From IMG/VR virus record IMGVR_UViG_3300037149_000100: DNA of 64,000 nucleotides, one strand, 5' to 3'. The notes under the pieces are model-generated. The model was given only the letters and a program-made list of their open reading frames with translations, was not told the origin of the DNA and searched no databases. A program made the translations under genes and the position numbers. The DNA comes from a virus. Numbering within the stretch: the first letter of the stretch is position 1; every line of letters begins with the position of its first letter. This document shows positions 29,829 through 39,700 of this stretch, in pieces.

Positions 29829-30805
29829 TGAAACATGCGGCCCTTCCAGATACCAGTAAACTCCCCAAACAACCAATGTCTAAGGAGTTCGATGCGGTTC
29901 GCCGCACCTACCAGACTATGGTGGATGAAAATATTCAAGCGATGAGTTGGAAAGAGTTCCAGCAGAAGTTCCAGCAGGCTGTGAAACAGTTTCCCCAGTT
30001 GTTCACAGAGATTCGCCATAACAGGCCAGCCATTCAACAATCTGATTTAAAGAGTTGGATTGATAAACAGGAAAGTAGGGAAAACTACAATATCACATAT
30101 GATAAGTATCATAGCCCTGAGCACTCCTATCGAGATGTAGAGCAGTTGGTCGTGCAGTTGAATCGGGGCGCGGAGGCTAGCAAAATTCTTGAAGAAGACT
30201 CACCATTGGGTCAGTTTGTAGATATGGTTGGGTCTGCCTCCTCCCCATCTGGGCACCCTGCCCGAAGAGATACGGTGGGTTGGCTCCGAGTTGATTTTGT
30301 GGATGAGGATTATCTGTTTGTTGACGAGATTCAGTCCGATTTGGTCAATGGAGTATCTCAGGCTCAGGCATTCCTTAAGCACCCCAACTACCAATCCTGG
30401 TACAACGCTCAGAACGAGGGAGTCAGGGTCCAAATTGATGCTATTCCGGATGCGAAACAGCGTTTCAGAGGGGCGAAGGGCCAGTTTGAGATGATGGGGT
30501 ATACGGTGGAAACCTTAGAGGAAATCAAGGGCAAACTGATCAAATTGTTCGAGGATTGGAGTGAGTACGCCCTCGCCACCATCCTGGAAATCGCACGATC
30601 TCATGAGATTAAATATGTGGCGATTAATAGCTCAGATAGTATTGCTACTAGAGACCCATCAGTTGACCCGCAAAAAGTCAAGATGTATTATGACAATTTG
30701 GCCAAGTCGTTTGGATTCAAAAAGCAACAGATTGACCTACCTCAGATATCAGGGGCTTTTTGGGTCCGGAAGGCATCGATTCGCTCTTATTTGACAGCGC
30801 GATAG
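29825..30805 (+). CDS. Hypothetical protein with possible GNAT-like domain
   Basis: GWLRVD...LFVDEIQSD and C-terminal IARSHEIKYVAI...YYDNLAKSFGF resemble GNAT-like modules of phage polyvalent proteins. Confidence 0.5.
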   Translation: MMKHAALPDTSKLPKQPMSKEFDAVRRTYQTMVDENIQAMSWKEFQQKFQQAVKQFPQLFTEIRHNRPAIQQSDLKSWIDKQESRENYNITYDKYHSPEHSYRDVEQLVVQLNRGAEASKILEEDSPLGQFVDMVGSASSPSGHPARRDTVGWLRVDFVDEDYLFVDEIQSDLVNGVSQAQAFLKHPNYQSWYNAQNEGVRVQIDAIPDAKQRFRGAKGQFEMMGYTVETLEEIKGKLIKLFEDWSEYALATILEIARSHEIKYVAINSSDSIATRDPSVDPQKVKMYYDNLAKSFGFKKQQIDLPQISGAFWVRKASIRSYLTAR

Positions 30806-31287
30806 GTTCCCTTACTCCATTTCTCCGCCTCCGGCCATCTTTGTTTCAGCACATCCATAGCATACCGGTAGGCCCACTCCGGATCAGTCCGAATCATCGG
30901 CTCCGCCTCCGGCCATCTTTGTTTCATCACATCCCGAGCATACCGGTAGGCATACTTTGGATTCTTAGCGATAACCGGCTCCGCCTCCGGCCATCTTTGT
31001 TTCAGCACATCCATAGCATACCGGTAGGCCCACTCCGGATCAGTCCGAATCATCGGCTCCGCCTCCGGCCATCTTTGTTTCATCACATCCCGAGCATACC
31101 GGTAGGCCCGCTCCGGATCAGTCCGAATCGTTGGCTCCGCCTCTGGCCATCTTTGTTTCAGCACATCCATAGCATACCAGTAGGCCCACTCCGGATTGAT
31201 TATCGCCTTTGGTTCTAAAGCCTGCCGGAGCGGCTTAGAATAAAGTTTTGTGCTGGATAAACTTTTAATGATATTGTATGCTAACAC
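30787..31287 (-). CDS. 26-aa tandem-repeat protein, copy 2
   Basis: About five 78-bp units, near-identical in DNA to copy 1; opposite strand. Confidence 0.8.
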   Translation of the reverse strand: MLAYNIIKSLSSTKLYSKPLRQALEPKAIINPEWAYWYAMDVLKQRWPEAEPTIRTDPERAYRYARDVMKQRWPEAEPMIRTDPEWAYRYAMDVLKQRWPEAEPVIAKNPKYAYRYARDVMKQRWPEAEPMIRTDPEWAYRYAMDVLKQRWPEAEKWSKGTYRAVK

Positions 31288-31303
31288 TGGATGCCCTTAG
31301 CGA

Positions 31304-31364
31304 CCTCTACTAGTGAATCGAGAAGTCCACAGCACAAATGGACTTCCTACTTCTTAGGATGTAG
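31304..31364. promoter_or_regulatory. Back-to-back pair of class-B motifs (candidate divergent promoters)
   Basis: Minus strand GACTTC-N11-GTAGAGG (31327-31304) and plus strand GACTTC-N12-ATGTAG (31341-64). Confidence 0.5.
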
Positions 31365-31384
31365 ACTTTCTATTAGGAGCCCCT

Positions 31385-31588
31385 ATGACTACAAAAATTG
31401 CTGCCGTTGACGCTGAGGCGATGAACAACCTTTTCGCTGAGGAACTCACCAAGACAGGTTCTAAGGTCGCTGCCGGAGAGAAGCTCCAGTGCTTTGATGA
31501 CCATAAGGATTATGTGTCTACCCTCGAATCCGTCTTGAGTGACGACAAGAACGATGCGTGGGAACCTAACGACATGATTCTCGACTAA
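31385..31588 (+). CDS. Small acidic hypothetical protein
   Basis: AGGAG SD; 67 aa with KIAA and KVAA. Confidence 0.7.
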   Translation: MTTKIAAVDAEAMNNLFAEELTKTGSKVAAGEKLQCFDDHKDYVSTLESVLSDDKNDAWEPNDMILD

Positions 31589-31601
31589 TCGGGATAGAAT
31601 A

Positions 31602-32507
31602 ATGAAGCTCTCGGCCAGCCTAGTTCTCTTAGGTTTGAGAACACAAGAACAAGGACGGATAAAAACATCCGCCCTTGACCGTTCTGTGTTTTCGAGTTTG
31701 GTGAGAATTATGAGTTTCAACGAGGATTTCAACATTTACATTCATGAGGCCCTCAAGGCCCATAACCTTCCTGTCGATCCAAAAATGAATTGGGCCAAAT
31801 GGCTCAATGCGGTGTATCGGACCCGAGTCGCCCCCAATAACGAGGAAATGCGTGACGAGGCTATTCATGAAGTTCTGGTCCACCATCTGTTTGAAGAGAA
31901 GTCAGATGTGCTGAATCGGTTTGACCCCGCTCGACTCCCTGAGAAAATTCAGCAGCGGCCCCTAGAAGAGCAGGTCAGTTCTTATCTGAAAACCTGCTTT
32001 ATTTACATGATGGGGGATGCGATTAAATATCTTCGAAAGATGTATCCGGAGCAGGAGACTGCCATGGGGCTCACAACCGAAGACCCAGACGCTCCGAGTA
32101 TTCTCAATAAAATCCAGCATGGAGTAGTTGACCAGGAAGAGGAAGAACTCGTTCAGAATGTTGAAATGCGTAAACTCCGTCATGCCTTTGACGAATGGTG
32201 TACGCGAAAGCTTCGTCCCGCCACGGCAAAACAAATAGTTCAGTTTTTTGACTTGATTATCATCTTTGATGGTGGCCAGGGAGAAATGCTGGATGAGTTT
32301 GCCTCTCGTTCTGGGGTAAGTCGTGCGAGAGCCAATCAACTTCTTTACCACGAACTACCCCGATACCTACGTCAATTTTCTAGTTCTCCGGAAGGGAAAG
32401 GTTTCAGTCTTGCCAAGCGTATCCGCACCAAGATTGAGAATGAAAGGCATGAAGCCGAACTACCTGCGAGAGAGCCAGAACCAGAGCTTGCCCAATCAAC
32501 CCCTTAA
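31602..32507 (+). CDS. Sigma70/ECF-like protein with N-terminal leader
   Basis: Region-2-like RDEAIHEV..NRFDP..SSYLK..AIKYLRK and region-4-like HTH EFASRSGVSRARANQLL. Confidence 0.55.
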   Translation: MKLSASLVLLGLRTQEQGRIKTSALDRSVFSSLVRIMSFNEDFNIYIHEALKAHNLPVDPKMNWAKWLNAVYRTRVAPNNEEMRDEAIHEVLVHHLFEEKSDVLNRFDPARLPEKIQQRPLEEQVSSYLKTCFIYMMGDAIKYLRKMYPEQETAMGLTTEDPDAPSILNKIQHGVVDQEEEELVQNVEMRKLRHAFDEWCTRKLRPATAKQIVQFFDLIIIFDGGQGEMLDEFASRSGVSRARANQLLYHELPRYLRQFSSSPEGKGFSLAKRIRTKIENERHEAELPAREPEPELAQSTP

Positions 32508-32525
32508 TCCTTTGGAGGAAACCTC

Positions 32526-32996
32526 ATGCGTGAGAAAAGAGAACTAGAAACCCCAGTAGTGGCTGCCAAACAGCCTGTTAAGTTTGCCCGATTCAAACAG
32601 ATTGCCAATGAAGATCCGGCAGCCCTGTCGGATGCGCTTTGCGAATTGTCAGAAGCATTTTCCAGTATGGCTGAGGCTTCGGAAGCATTGATTGAAAACC
32701 TTGATCTGACCCCAGCACCGAAGGAAGCATCCATTCGTGAAAAGGTCGCGGCTCGTAAGAAGTTCGCCACCATGCTGAAGAAGCTGGCCAACGAAGCTCC
32801 TGAAAAGGTCGAAGAGGCCCTGAATGAGATTTATAATGCCGTTGATGAGGTGGCCCTTGCGATTGAGAACCTTTCTAGCAATTTGGGCTTTACCCTGGGT
32901 GAAGTTTCGGAAGAGCCGGTTGGAGATGAAGAAGTGGTGGAAGTTACCGAGGAAGTCCCAGAGGCTGAGCCCTCTGAGGAAGAATTCCCAGCCTAA
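32526..32996 (+). CDS. Hypothetical helical acidic protein
   Basis: GGAGG SD; internally duplicated K(Q/K)(I/L)ANE.P helices. Confidence 0.7.
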   Translation: MREKRELETPVVAAKQPVKFARFKQIANEDPAALSDALCELSEAFSSMAEASEALIENLDLTPAPKEASIREKVAARKKFATMLKKLANEAPEKVEEALNEIYNAVDEVALAIENLSSNLGFTLGEVSEEPVGDEEVVEVTEEVPEAEPSEEEFPA

Positions 32997-33010
32997 CTAG
33001 CTAAAAAGTG

Positions 33011-33057
33011 AAATTAGAATGCGTGTAGGTAAAAAATGCCTTCACGCATTTTAATTT
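33011..33057. terminator. Long imperfect hairpin before the second GIY-YIG gene
   Basis: AAATTAGAATGCGTGTAGGTA...TGCCTTCACGCATTTTAATTT inverted repeat. Confidence 0.6.
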
Positions 33058-33094
33058 TAGAGTATTATATGGTAAGGATACGTGGAGAGAGCAG

Positions 33095-33784
33095 TTGGCA
33101 CCGAAGAGAAAGTATGAAAAGCAACCCTACGAGGTCGGAGTTTACGGGATACTAAATACCATTACAAACAAGTGGTACATTGGGTCTTCTATTGAGTTGT
33201 CAAGGAGATTCGGGCATCACCTGAGAGAACTGAGGAATGGGAAGCACCATTCTCTTAAGCTTCAACGTTCATTTGACAAATATGGCGAAGGGGCGTTTCA
33301 GTTCAAGATACTCTTGGTATGTGAAGCCAAAGATGTGGAAATGTTCGAAAACAGAGCCATCATAGCTTATGATTCTTACAAGAATGGGTATAATGTGGCT
33401 GCGGAAGCTAAGGGTGGGTTTATGCGCGGAAGAAAATGGCCAGAGGCTACGAAAGCCGCAAGGGTTGTTAGCATGTGTGGGCGACCCATGTCAGATAGTA
33501 ATAAAGCAAGTCAATCCGTGAGAAAGCTGGCAGAGTGGGCAGATCCTGCTACACATGAGGCCAGATCAATTAGTATGCGAAAGCCCAAGAGTCCGGAGGG
33601 TCGTGAAGCCATAATTCAGGGTTTAAAGAAACGTTATGAGTCTCCGGAAGCTCACAAAGCAACAGCCGAGGCGACAAGAAAAACGTGGGCTGAAAGACGC
33701 GAAAAATACGGTTCAACTGGTAGAAAACCAAAAAATAAAAACAGTCTAACTACTTCTGAGGAGGTGACTTACGGCGGAAAATAG
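33095..33784 (+). CDS. GIY-YIG homing endonuclease
   Basis: GVYGI...WYIGS..RRF.HH...EN..I...GYN with a basic helical tail; TTG start. Confidence 0.88.
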   Translation: MAPKRKYEKQPYEVGVYGILNTITNKWYIGSSIELSRRFGHHLRELRNGKHHSLKLQRSFDKYGEGAFQFKILLVCEAKDVEMFENRAIIAYDSYKNGYNVAAEAKGGFMRGRKWPEATKAARVVSMCGRPMSDSNKASQSVRKLAEWADPATHEARSISMRKPKSPEGREAIIQGLKKRYESPEAHKATAEATRKTWAERREKYGSTGRKPKNKNSLTTSEEVTYGGK

Positions 33785-34520
33785 TCCTTATTTCGAGTCA
33801 ATTGTAGCATCGAGAGCGATGCTGTTAGACCCTGATGACTATCAAGGAGACCATACCTTGTCATTAGAAACTCAGGCAGATATGGTCTCCCAATCAACCA
33901 TATCCTACATCCAGGATAATTTTGGGAAGTTTATGGAGTATCTGAAGTTTCTCAGCTTTGAGGACCAAGAGCTACTCCTCTCCTATTATCTCCTGAGTAA
34001 AACTCAGTGGTCAATTGCCCGTCTGCATGGTTCAACTCAGACTATTTGCAGCTTCAAGCTGCGATTGGCTATGAAACGACTAGGCACTTATGTCCTCATG
34101 GGGATTCCTTCCAAGGAAAAGATCAATCAGACCTTAGCAACAATTGGGATGGTCGATTTTCATTCAGGAGACTCATCATCCCCCATCCCCTACTCAGATA
34201 TGATAGACCTTTATGCCAAGACTCGTTCATTCAAAACGGTGGCATTGGCTTATGGGGTGAAACGTCCAGATGTGCGGAGGGCGCTTTCATCACTCTCCAA
34301 AACATTACTAGCTACCAAGGAGTCCCCCACACTCGCATTAGGGGCCTATGTGTTTGGGCTGATAGATAAAGCGTCCGCACAGGGTCGGGGTCTGAGTCAA
34401 CGAGAACGTGCCAAAATATGCCCAATTTACCGTAGAGACCCAGACATGCTGGGGAAGTTCGAAATCAACGTAGCGGCCCCCGAGTTCGACCACTTCCTCC
34501 TGTCTCGTGCGAACAATTAA
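33771..34520 (+). CDS. Sigma region-4-like HTH protein (first ATG 33819; probable start at ACG 33771)
   Basis: LSFEDQELLLSYY..KTQWSIARLHGSTQTICSFKLRLAMKRL (sigma-4 pattern) and a second HTH SFKTVALAYGVKRPDVRRAL. Confidence 0.6.
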   Translation, partial: TAENSPYFESIVASRAMLLDPDDYQGDHTLSLETQADMVSQSTISYIQDNFGKFMEYLKFLSFEDQELLLSYYLLSKTQWSIARLHGSTQTICSFKLRLAMKRLGTYVLMGIPSKEKINQTLATIGMVDFHSGDSSSPIPYSDMIDLYAKTRSFKTVALAYGVKRPDVRRALSSLSKTLLATKESPTLALGAYVFGLIDKASAQGRGLSQRERAKICPIYRRDPDMLGKFEINVAAPEFDHFLLSRANN

Positions 34521-34553
34521 TGCCACGGCTAAAAAAGACTATCCATCTCATTA

Positions 34554-34868
34554 ATGAAATGGAGTCGCACACCCATGCAAGCGGATATTCACCAACAAGT
34601 TTACTATCTATCTGGCAAGACTCAAAAACTGGCGTCTTCGAAACAGGCGTCAGATAAGGGATTGAAGAAGGCTGCGTCGATGGGCCTTATTAGGGTTGCG
34701 GGGAACTTTTTTGAGTGCCCCAGCAGCAAGGATTTATGGAAAGTGGACGGGGATAAAGTGAAACGTGTTTCTTCAGTAGAAGTGGACTTCAACGAAAAAC
34801 TTTCCGCAGCCGATCCAGAATATCCCAATAGGTATCTGAAAGATATCCTGGCCCAACTCGACTTTTAA
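34554..34868 (+). CDS. Hypothetical protein
   Basis: About 100-aa ORF; KLAS, KQAS and KAAS motifs; start may be the second ATG. Confidence 0.65.
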   Translation: MKWSRTPMQADIHQQVYYLSGKTQKLASSKQASDKGLKKAASMGLIRVAGNFFECPSSKDLWKVDGDKVKRVSSVEVDFNEKLSAADPEYPNRYLKDILAQLDF

Positions 34869-34882
34869 AAAGGTAGACCCTA

Positions 34883-36262
34883 ATGGACGACAACAAGCAA
34901 TTCTCACTTATCGATTCTTTTCTTCAGGATCTTACCCCTGATTATGGAAATATCGGCCTGAAAAAGCCGCAGAAGATGGATGAGCAGTTCACCGATGCCT
35001 CTTCTCAGGTGGATAACGCCTTCCTCGATCAAATTGGCGGTCGCTCTGAGCACACTGTCGTTCCGAGTGGACGAACGGCTGCTGGTGGTCGTGAGACTAA
35101 ACCCATCAGGGATGCAACAACAGGTGACTCTGCTTTGGCTGATGCGTTTAGAACGCTTGAAGCCGTTGACCAGCATAACGAACTTGACGTAATTACTGAT
35201 GCAGAGATAGCAAATCGAGTCAATTATCTACTCAGTCTTGGGCATAGTCCCAGTCGTGTTGCCAGCTACGCCAAGAAATTGGCAGTTGAGGTGCAGCGTG
35301 ATGCGCTCAAAGTTCCAGCCGCTCAGTCCAATACGGATGAGACGGAAGCGATAGCCAAAACCATGGGCACCAATGCGGATTACTGGGAACCAAACAAGTT
35401 TGAGATGCTGGGCTCCGCCTACATCGAGCCTAATTTCTTCAGGAATAGCTGCAAAGCCTCCTTCGATAAAATCAAGAAAGAGGGACATCTTCATACCCTA
35501 TCAGTAAAAAAGATCGCCGCCTGCCCTGGATGCCAGTATAACAATTGTGGTAACTGTGGCCTTTACAGCCGTCCCATCGTCGCTTCGGCCAGTGAGTTGA
35601 AAACTGTTGTCAAAACAGCTTTAGACAAGAAAGGCATCAAAGTTACTTCCACGTTGAAGGCTGCGTTGGCCCAATTACGTAGTGGGGGTGAGAAGGAACC
35701 CCAGCAGCTTCCCTACAGCCGCAACACTGAAAAGTATGTGGTTAGGACGGCTGGAGACAAGCAAGCCACGGTCCATAAGGAAGCCAGTGTCGAAGAGATT
35801 GGCACTATGGTTGGCTCTGGCATCCCCCTCAAGGATGTGTACAAGACCGCCACTGCTCAGTATGGCAAGACTTCAGCGATGACTGCGATCAAGCGTTACA
35901 TTCTGGGTCTTAAACAGAGCGGGGCAAAAATCATTTTGGCTGCGATTGACTGCACTCTGCTGAAGAACAAGCTGGCAACTGGCAACGCCATTGTTGGGGA
36001 GAAAAAGTGTGCCTCATGCTCGTATCGTAACGGAATGCATTGCGGTTTGACGGGTGGGACGCTTCTTACTTTCCCTGGAATGGACCATGTGTCTTCCAAG
36101 CATATTGTTCATGCAGGCGTGAAAGACGGGCATGAAGTTCTATTCGAGTTTGACCTCCTGGATACCGGAGAGGACAGCCCCATCGAATACAAGGAAGTGC
36201 CCGAGCAGGCTGACACTGATGTGATACTGACCCGCTCGTCAGAGATTAACATCGAGGATTAA
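34883..36262 (+). CDS. Hypothetical protein with two Cys4 clusters
   Basis: CPGCQY..C..C and CASCSY...HC; many K/R-x-A motifs. Confidence 0.7.
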   Translation: MDDNKQFSLIDSFLQDLTPDYGNIGLKKPQKMDEQFTDASSQVDNAFLDQIGGRSEHTVVPSGRTAAGGRETKPIRDATTGDSALADAFRTLEAVDQHNELDVITDAEIANRVNYLLSLGHSPSRVASYAKKLAVEVQRDALKVPAAQSNTDETEAIAKTMGTNADYWEPNKFEMLGSAYIEPNFFRNSCKASFDKIKKEGHLHTLSVKKIAACPGCQYNNCGNCGLYSRPIVASASELKTVVKTALDKKGIKVTSTLKAALAQLRSGGEKEPQQLPYSRNTEKYVVRTAGDKQATVHKEASVEEIGTMVGSGIPLKDVYKTATAQYGKTSAMTAIKRYILGLKQSGAKIILAAIDCTLLKNKLATGNAIVGEKKCASCSYRNGMHCGLTGGTLLTFPGMDHVSSKHIVHAGVKDGHEVLFEFDLLDTGEDSPIEYKEVPEQADTDVILTRSSEINIED

Positions 36263-36763
36263 ATGGAAAAAGACGGAACGATCACTTTCACGGTTCAGAC
36301 CACTGGCTCAGCCTCTGATAGGGCTTTGGATGGAGAACTGTCAAAGCGTATGGTGGAAATCTTGGGCATGATCAACGATCCAAATAAGCCCGTGTCTGAA
36401 ATTAACCGGCTGATTGCTGGAGAGATTGCGGTGGTTTCGGGAGAGATGAGTATGCTCACCCAGGCCAACATGTACAAGCAGAAGCTGTATACTGAACAGA
36501 TCAGATCGCTGCGTGACCTATCCAAGACCCTGAGTGAGTCTGAACTCCTTTCTAAAAAGGATTTCTTGAACTTTGACGGCCCCAAGTTTCAGTTTGTGTT
36601 CCAGGAGCTTGCCGGTGCGGTTAGAAAGTCAGCCAAGGACTCTGGACTTGGCGAGGATCAAATTAATACTCTGCTTCGTAACTTCCGAGATACGGTAACT
36701 CAGATGGAGCCAGAGCTTCGCAAACAAACCGAAAAAATAGACTCCAGTTTTCTTCAGAGGTAA
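36263..36763 (+). CDS. Hypothetical helical protein
   Basis: 166-aa ORF, GAGG SD, coupled to the upstream gene. Confidence 0.7.
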   Translation: MEKDGTITFTVQTTGSASDRALDGELSKRMVEILGMINDPNKPVSEINRLIAGEIAVVSGEMSMLTQANMYKQKLYTEQIRSLRDLSKTLSESELLSKKDFLNFDGPKFQFVFQELAGAVRKSAKDSGLGEDQINTLLRNFRDTVTQMEPELRKQTEKIDSSFLQR

Positions 36764-36765
36764 CA

Positions 36766-39700
36766 ATGGCACGAGTAGAAAAATCATTCACCACGTTAGG
36801 CTTGGAGGGCATCCTTCAGGGTGTTGTTGCTTGCCTTGTTGATGCCGAGAAGAAAGCTAAATCCTCTCGTGAAATCCAGTCTATTGATGTGAGTCGCCGT
36901 GGTCTCAGACAAGACCTTTATGTTGGTAAGCTGATGGTCATTCCAGCCTCCGTGATGGATGAGATGGATAAGATTCCCGACCCCCTGCTGAAGGGAGCGG
37001 TGATTAGCCTCTTTGATGGCGAGGACGCCTCTTATTTGGAAATGCACCGACTCAGCACTAGCGAGTTTGATAATTTGACTCCAAAGGACATTAGCGAGTA
37101 TAAGGATAAGGTGTTCAAGGACTCTGAGGGTAAGTTAGGTTGTATCGTCATCTTCCAGCCAGCCTGGGGCAATGCTCGTGACCTCCATGCTTTCCACTTC
37201 ACTACAGATGTCCCCAAACTGACCCTCCTGGTTCGTCACCTCGTGTTCTCAGCTTATTACAACCCCAGCCTTTCTGCTTTGTTTGACACCCTCTCTGAAG
37301 AAGCTATCAAGTTGGATGCGGTAAACATCACTCACGATCATATTGGACCCGCATATGAGTTCCAGTCCAAGGAGAATGTTTACCCACAGTTGGACAAGAT
37401 GGCTAAGATTGCATCTATCATGAAGATGAGTCCTGATGAGTTCACCACAGCCTATCTGGAAGCCGCCGTTTGGACCGGAACGGATGAAACGGGTGAGTCC
37501 CTGGATCGAGAAGGAAAATTCTCTATCGAGGACTTCTCTACTGAAGCCCTCCGAAAAGCCGAAGAAGATTGCACCGCTTTCATGGAAATGGCTGGCCCTG
37601 AATTGGACGCTCTGAGTTCCGATCAAGCTGGACACCTGTTCTGGTTGAACCGTAACGGTCACGGAACCGGATTCTGGGATGAGGATAAACTTTCTCCTGA
37701 AGCCCAGCAGTCTTTGGCCAAGCTAGCTCATTCATTCGGTGAGTGTGATATGTATGTCAGCGAGGACGGGGAATTGGAACTCTCTGGGGGTCAGATTCCC
37801 GCACCCACTCCCCAGCCTGGGAGTGGTCACATTCTTCCCAAGGAATCAAAGTGGATTCGTCTTAACGCCTCAGCCCTTCCTCTCATCCTCGCTGACAAAA
37901 TCACACCTGAAGAAACAAGTGTATTTGACGAACTGACCATACAGTTAAAAAAAAAGACCGCTAATCGCAAAATCGCTGAAGGGACAGATCCTTTTGACGG
38001 TTACTGCCCCATCTGTGGAAGTCCCGGATGCCAAGGTGAATGCTCTTCATCAACAGGCGGCAAAGAAAATTTTGAGGAGCGAACCGCCACTGGGGATGCC
38101 GGTTCGGTAAGGATCCCCACCTCCCCTAACACTGGAACCCGAGCCGAAGAAGACTTTGAACAACCAGGGTCCCAGCCGACTGAAGAGGAGCCGGTCCATT
38201 TTGGATCACTTCGAATGGCTGCTTTCTTAGAGAAAATAGCGAGTGGTGAAGTCCTCAATGGCTACACGCAGATGCGTGAGACTTTCAAGTCTGATTTTGC
38301 CTCTAAGGACGAAGCTACCAAGGAAACTGACCATGAGGGTACGATAGAGAAGCAGGCCGCTCTCCCCCCTCCCCCTCCAGCAATCATCGCTCCCGCACCC
38401 GCTCAGGCTGCTCCGGTAACGGGGATTGGGGCCAAGCCTCACTCAGCCGTTCTGAATGCCATTCAAAAAGCTCTCCAAGGAGCGGGGGTGGGTAAGGGCT
38501 CCTCTGAAGAATCCTCTCAGGCTACCGAACTTCTTCTAGCCAGAATGATGGCTAATAAGAGCATCACAAGTAACATCAAGAAGACCAACGAAGGGCAATT
38601 TTCCATCACTCTTACCCCTGAAGTGGTAAACCAACTCGTCAATGTTTATAAATTAACTCCTGGTCAGAACTCCACCGCTCAAAAAGATAAGCCAGAGTTA
38701 CAAACTGAAGTGAGTGATGTGACGATAGATAGCAGACCTCAGTGGTATAAGGACAAGATGAACGTCCAATCCGCCGATCAGGAGATTAGCTCCGCCGCCA
38801 ATCAACTTGTGGAGCAGCACCATGGTGAGTATCTCTCCAAAGAGAACCTCACACGCCTCCTCTCTCATATGACCAATAATGTCAAGGCAGTGTTTTCTTT
38901 TCTGACACAACAAGGGCTGCTCCAAGCATACGGTAAGGATAGCTTCAAAGTTATGACTCGAACCGAGCAGGAAGATAACTCGGATAGTGGGGTCTTCTGC
39001 CCCAACTGCGCTGGTCCTGGGGTTCCGATGGGGAATCTTGGTGGGCGTGAACATTTCCGTTGCCGGAACTGCGGGTCTGATTTTAGCCAAAAAATGGCTA
39101 GTGATACCAAAGTCGCCTCTACCCATAAGATGGCACTCACCTATATGCACCCTGGTGAGGCATTGGAACAATTCTATCCCGAGATTTTGAAAGATACCTC
39201 TGACTACCCAATTGGCTACCCGGAGCGTAACTCTACTCCCCCTCCCCTTCCTCTGGAGCTTCAAAACGAGCCTGGGGGTGAATCTCAAGTCACTGATAAA
39301 GACTACAGTGATGGTGGGATGAAGCACTCACTGGGAGAACCGGGGCTGGTTCCCTCGCAGGATAGCAATTCCGTTCCACTCAAGCCTAATGAGCGTTCAA
39401 TTCGTGGCCCCTTTTTCTCCGATCAGTTCTATCGGATTCACACCGACATTGAGCCAGCCTTGCTGACTATGAAGTCCTCCCTGGAGAACAAGACTGCTGC
39501 CTCACCTTCCAAAGCAGCCATCATTGCTGAGTTCCTCCGCAAGCTGTCGGGTGAGATTGCTTCTTCCTTGCTAGCCGCTTTCGTAGTGACTGACCGCCCC
39601 CTTTTCACCAACAGCCCCTCTTATTCGGTCATCAACCTTTCGAATGAGTCTACGATATGCCCTATGAACCCCCTGCTCACCAGTGGTGGGATGAGCCCAT

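Noticed and set aside
36263-36763. Terminase small subunit
   Set aside because: Size is plausible, but there is no recognisable motif and it is not adjacent to TerL
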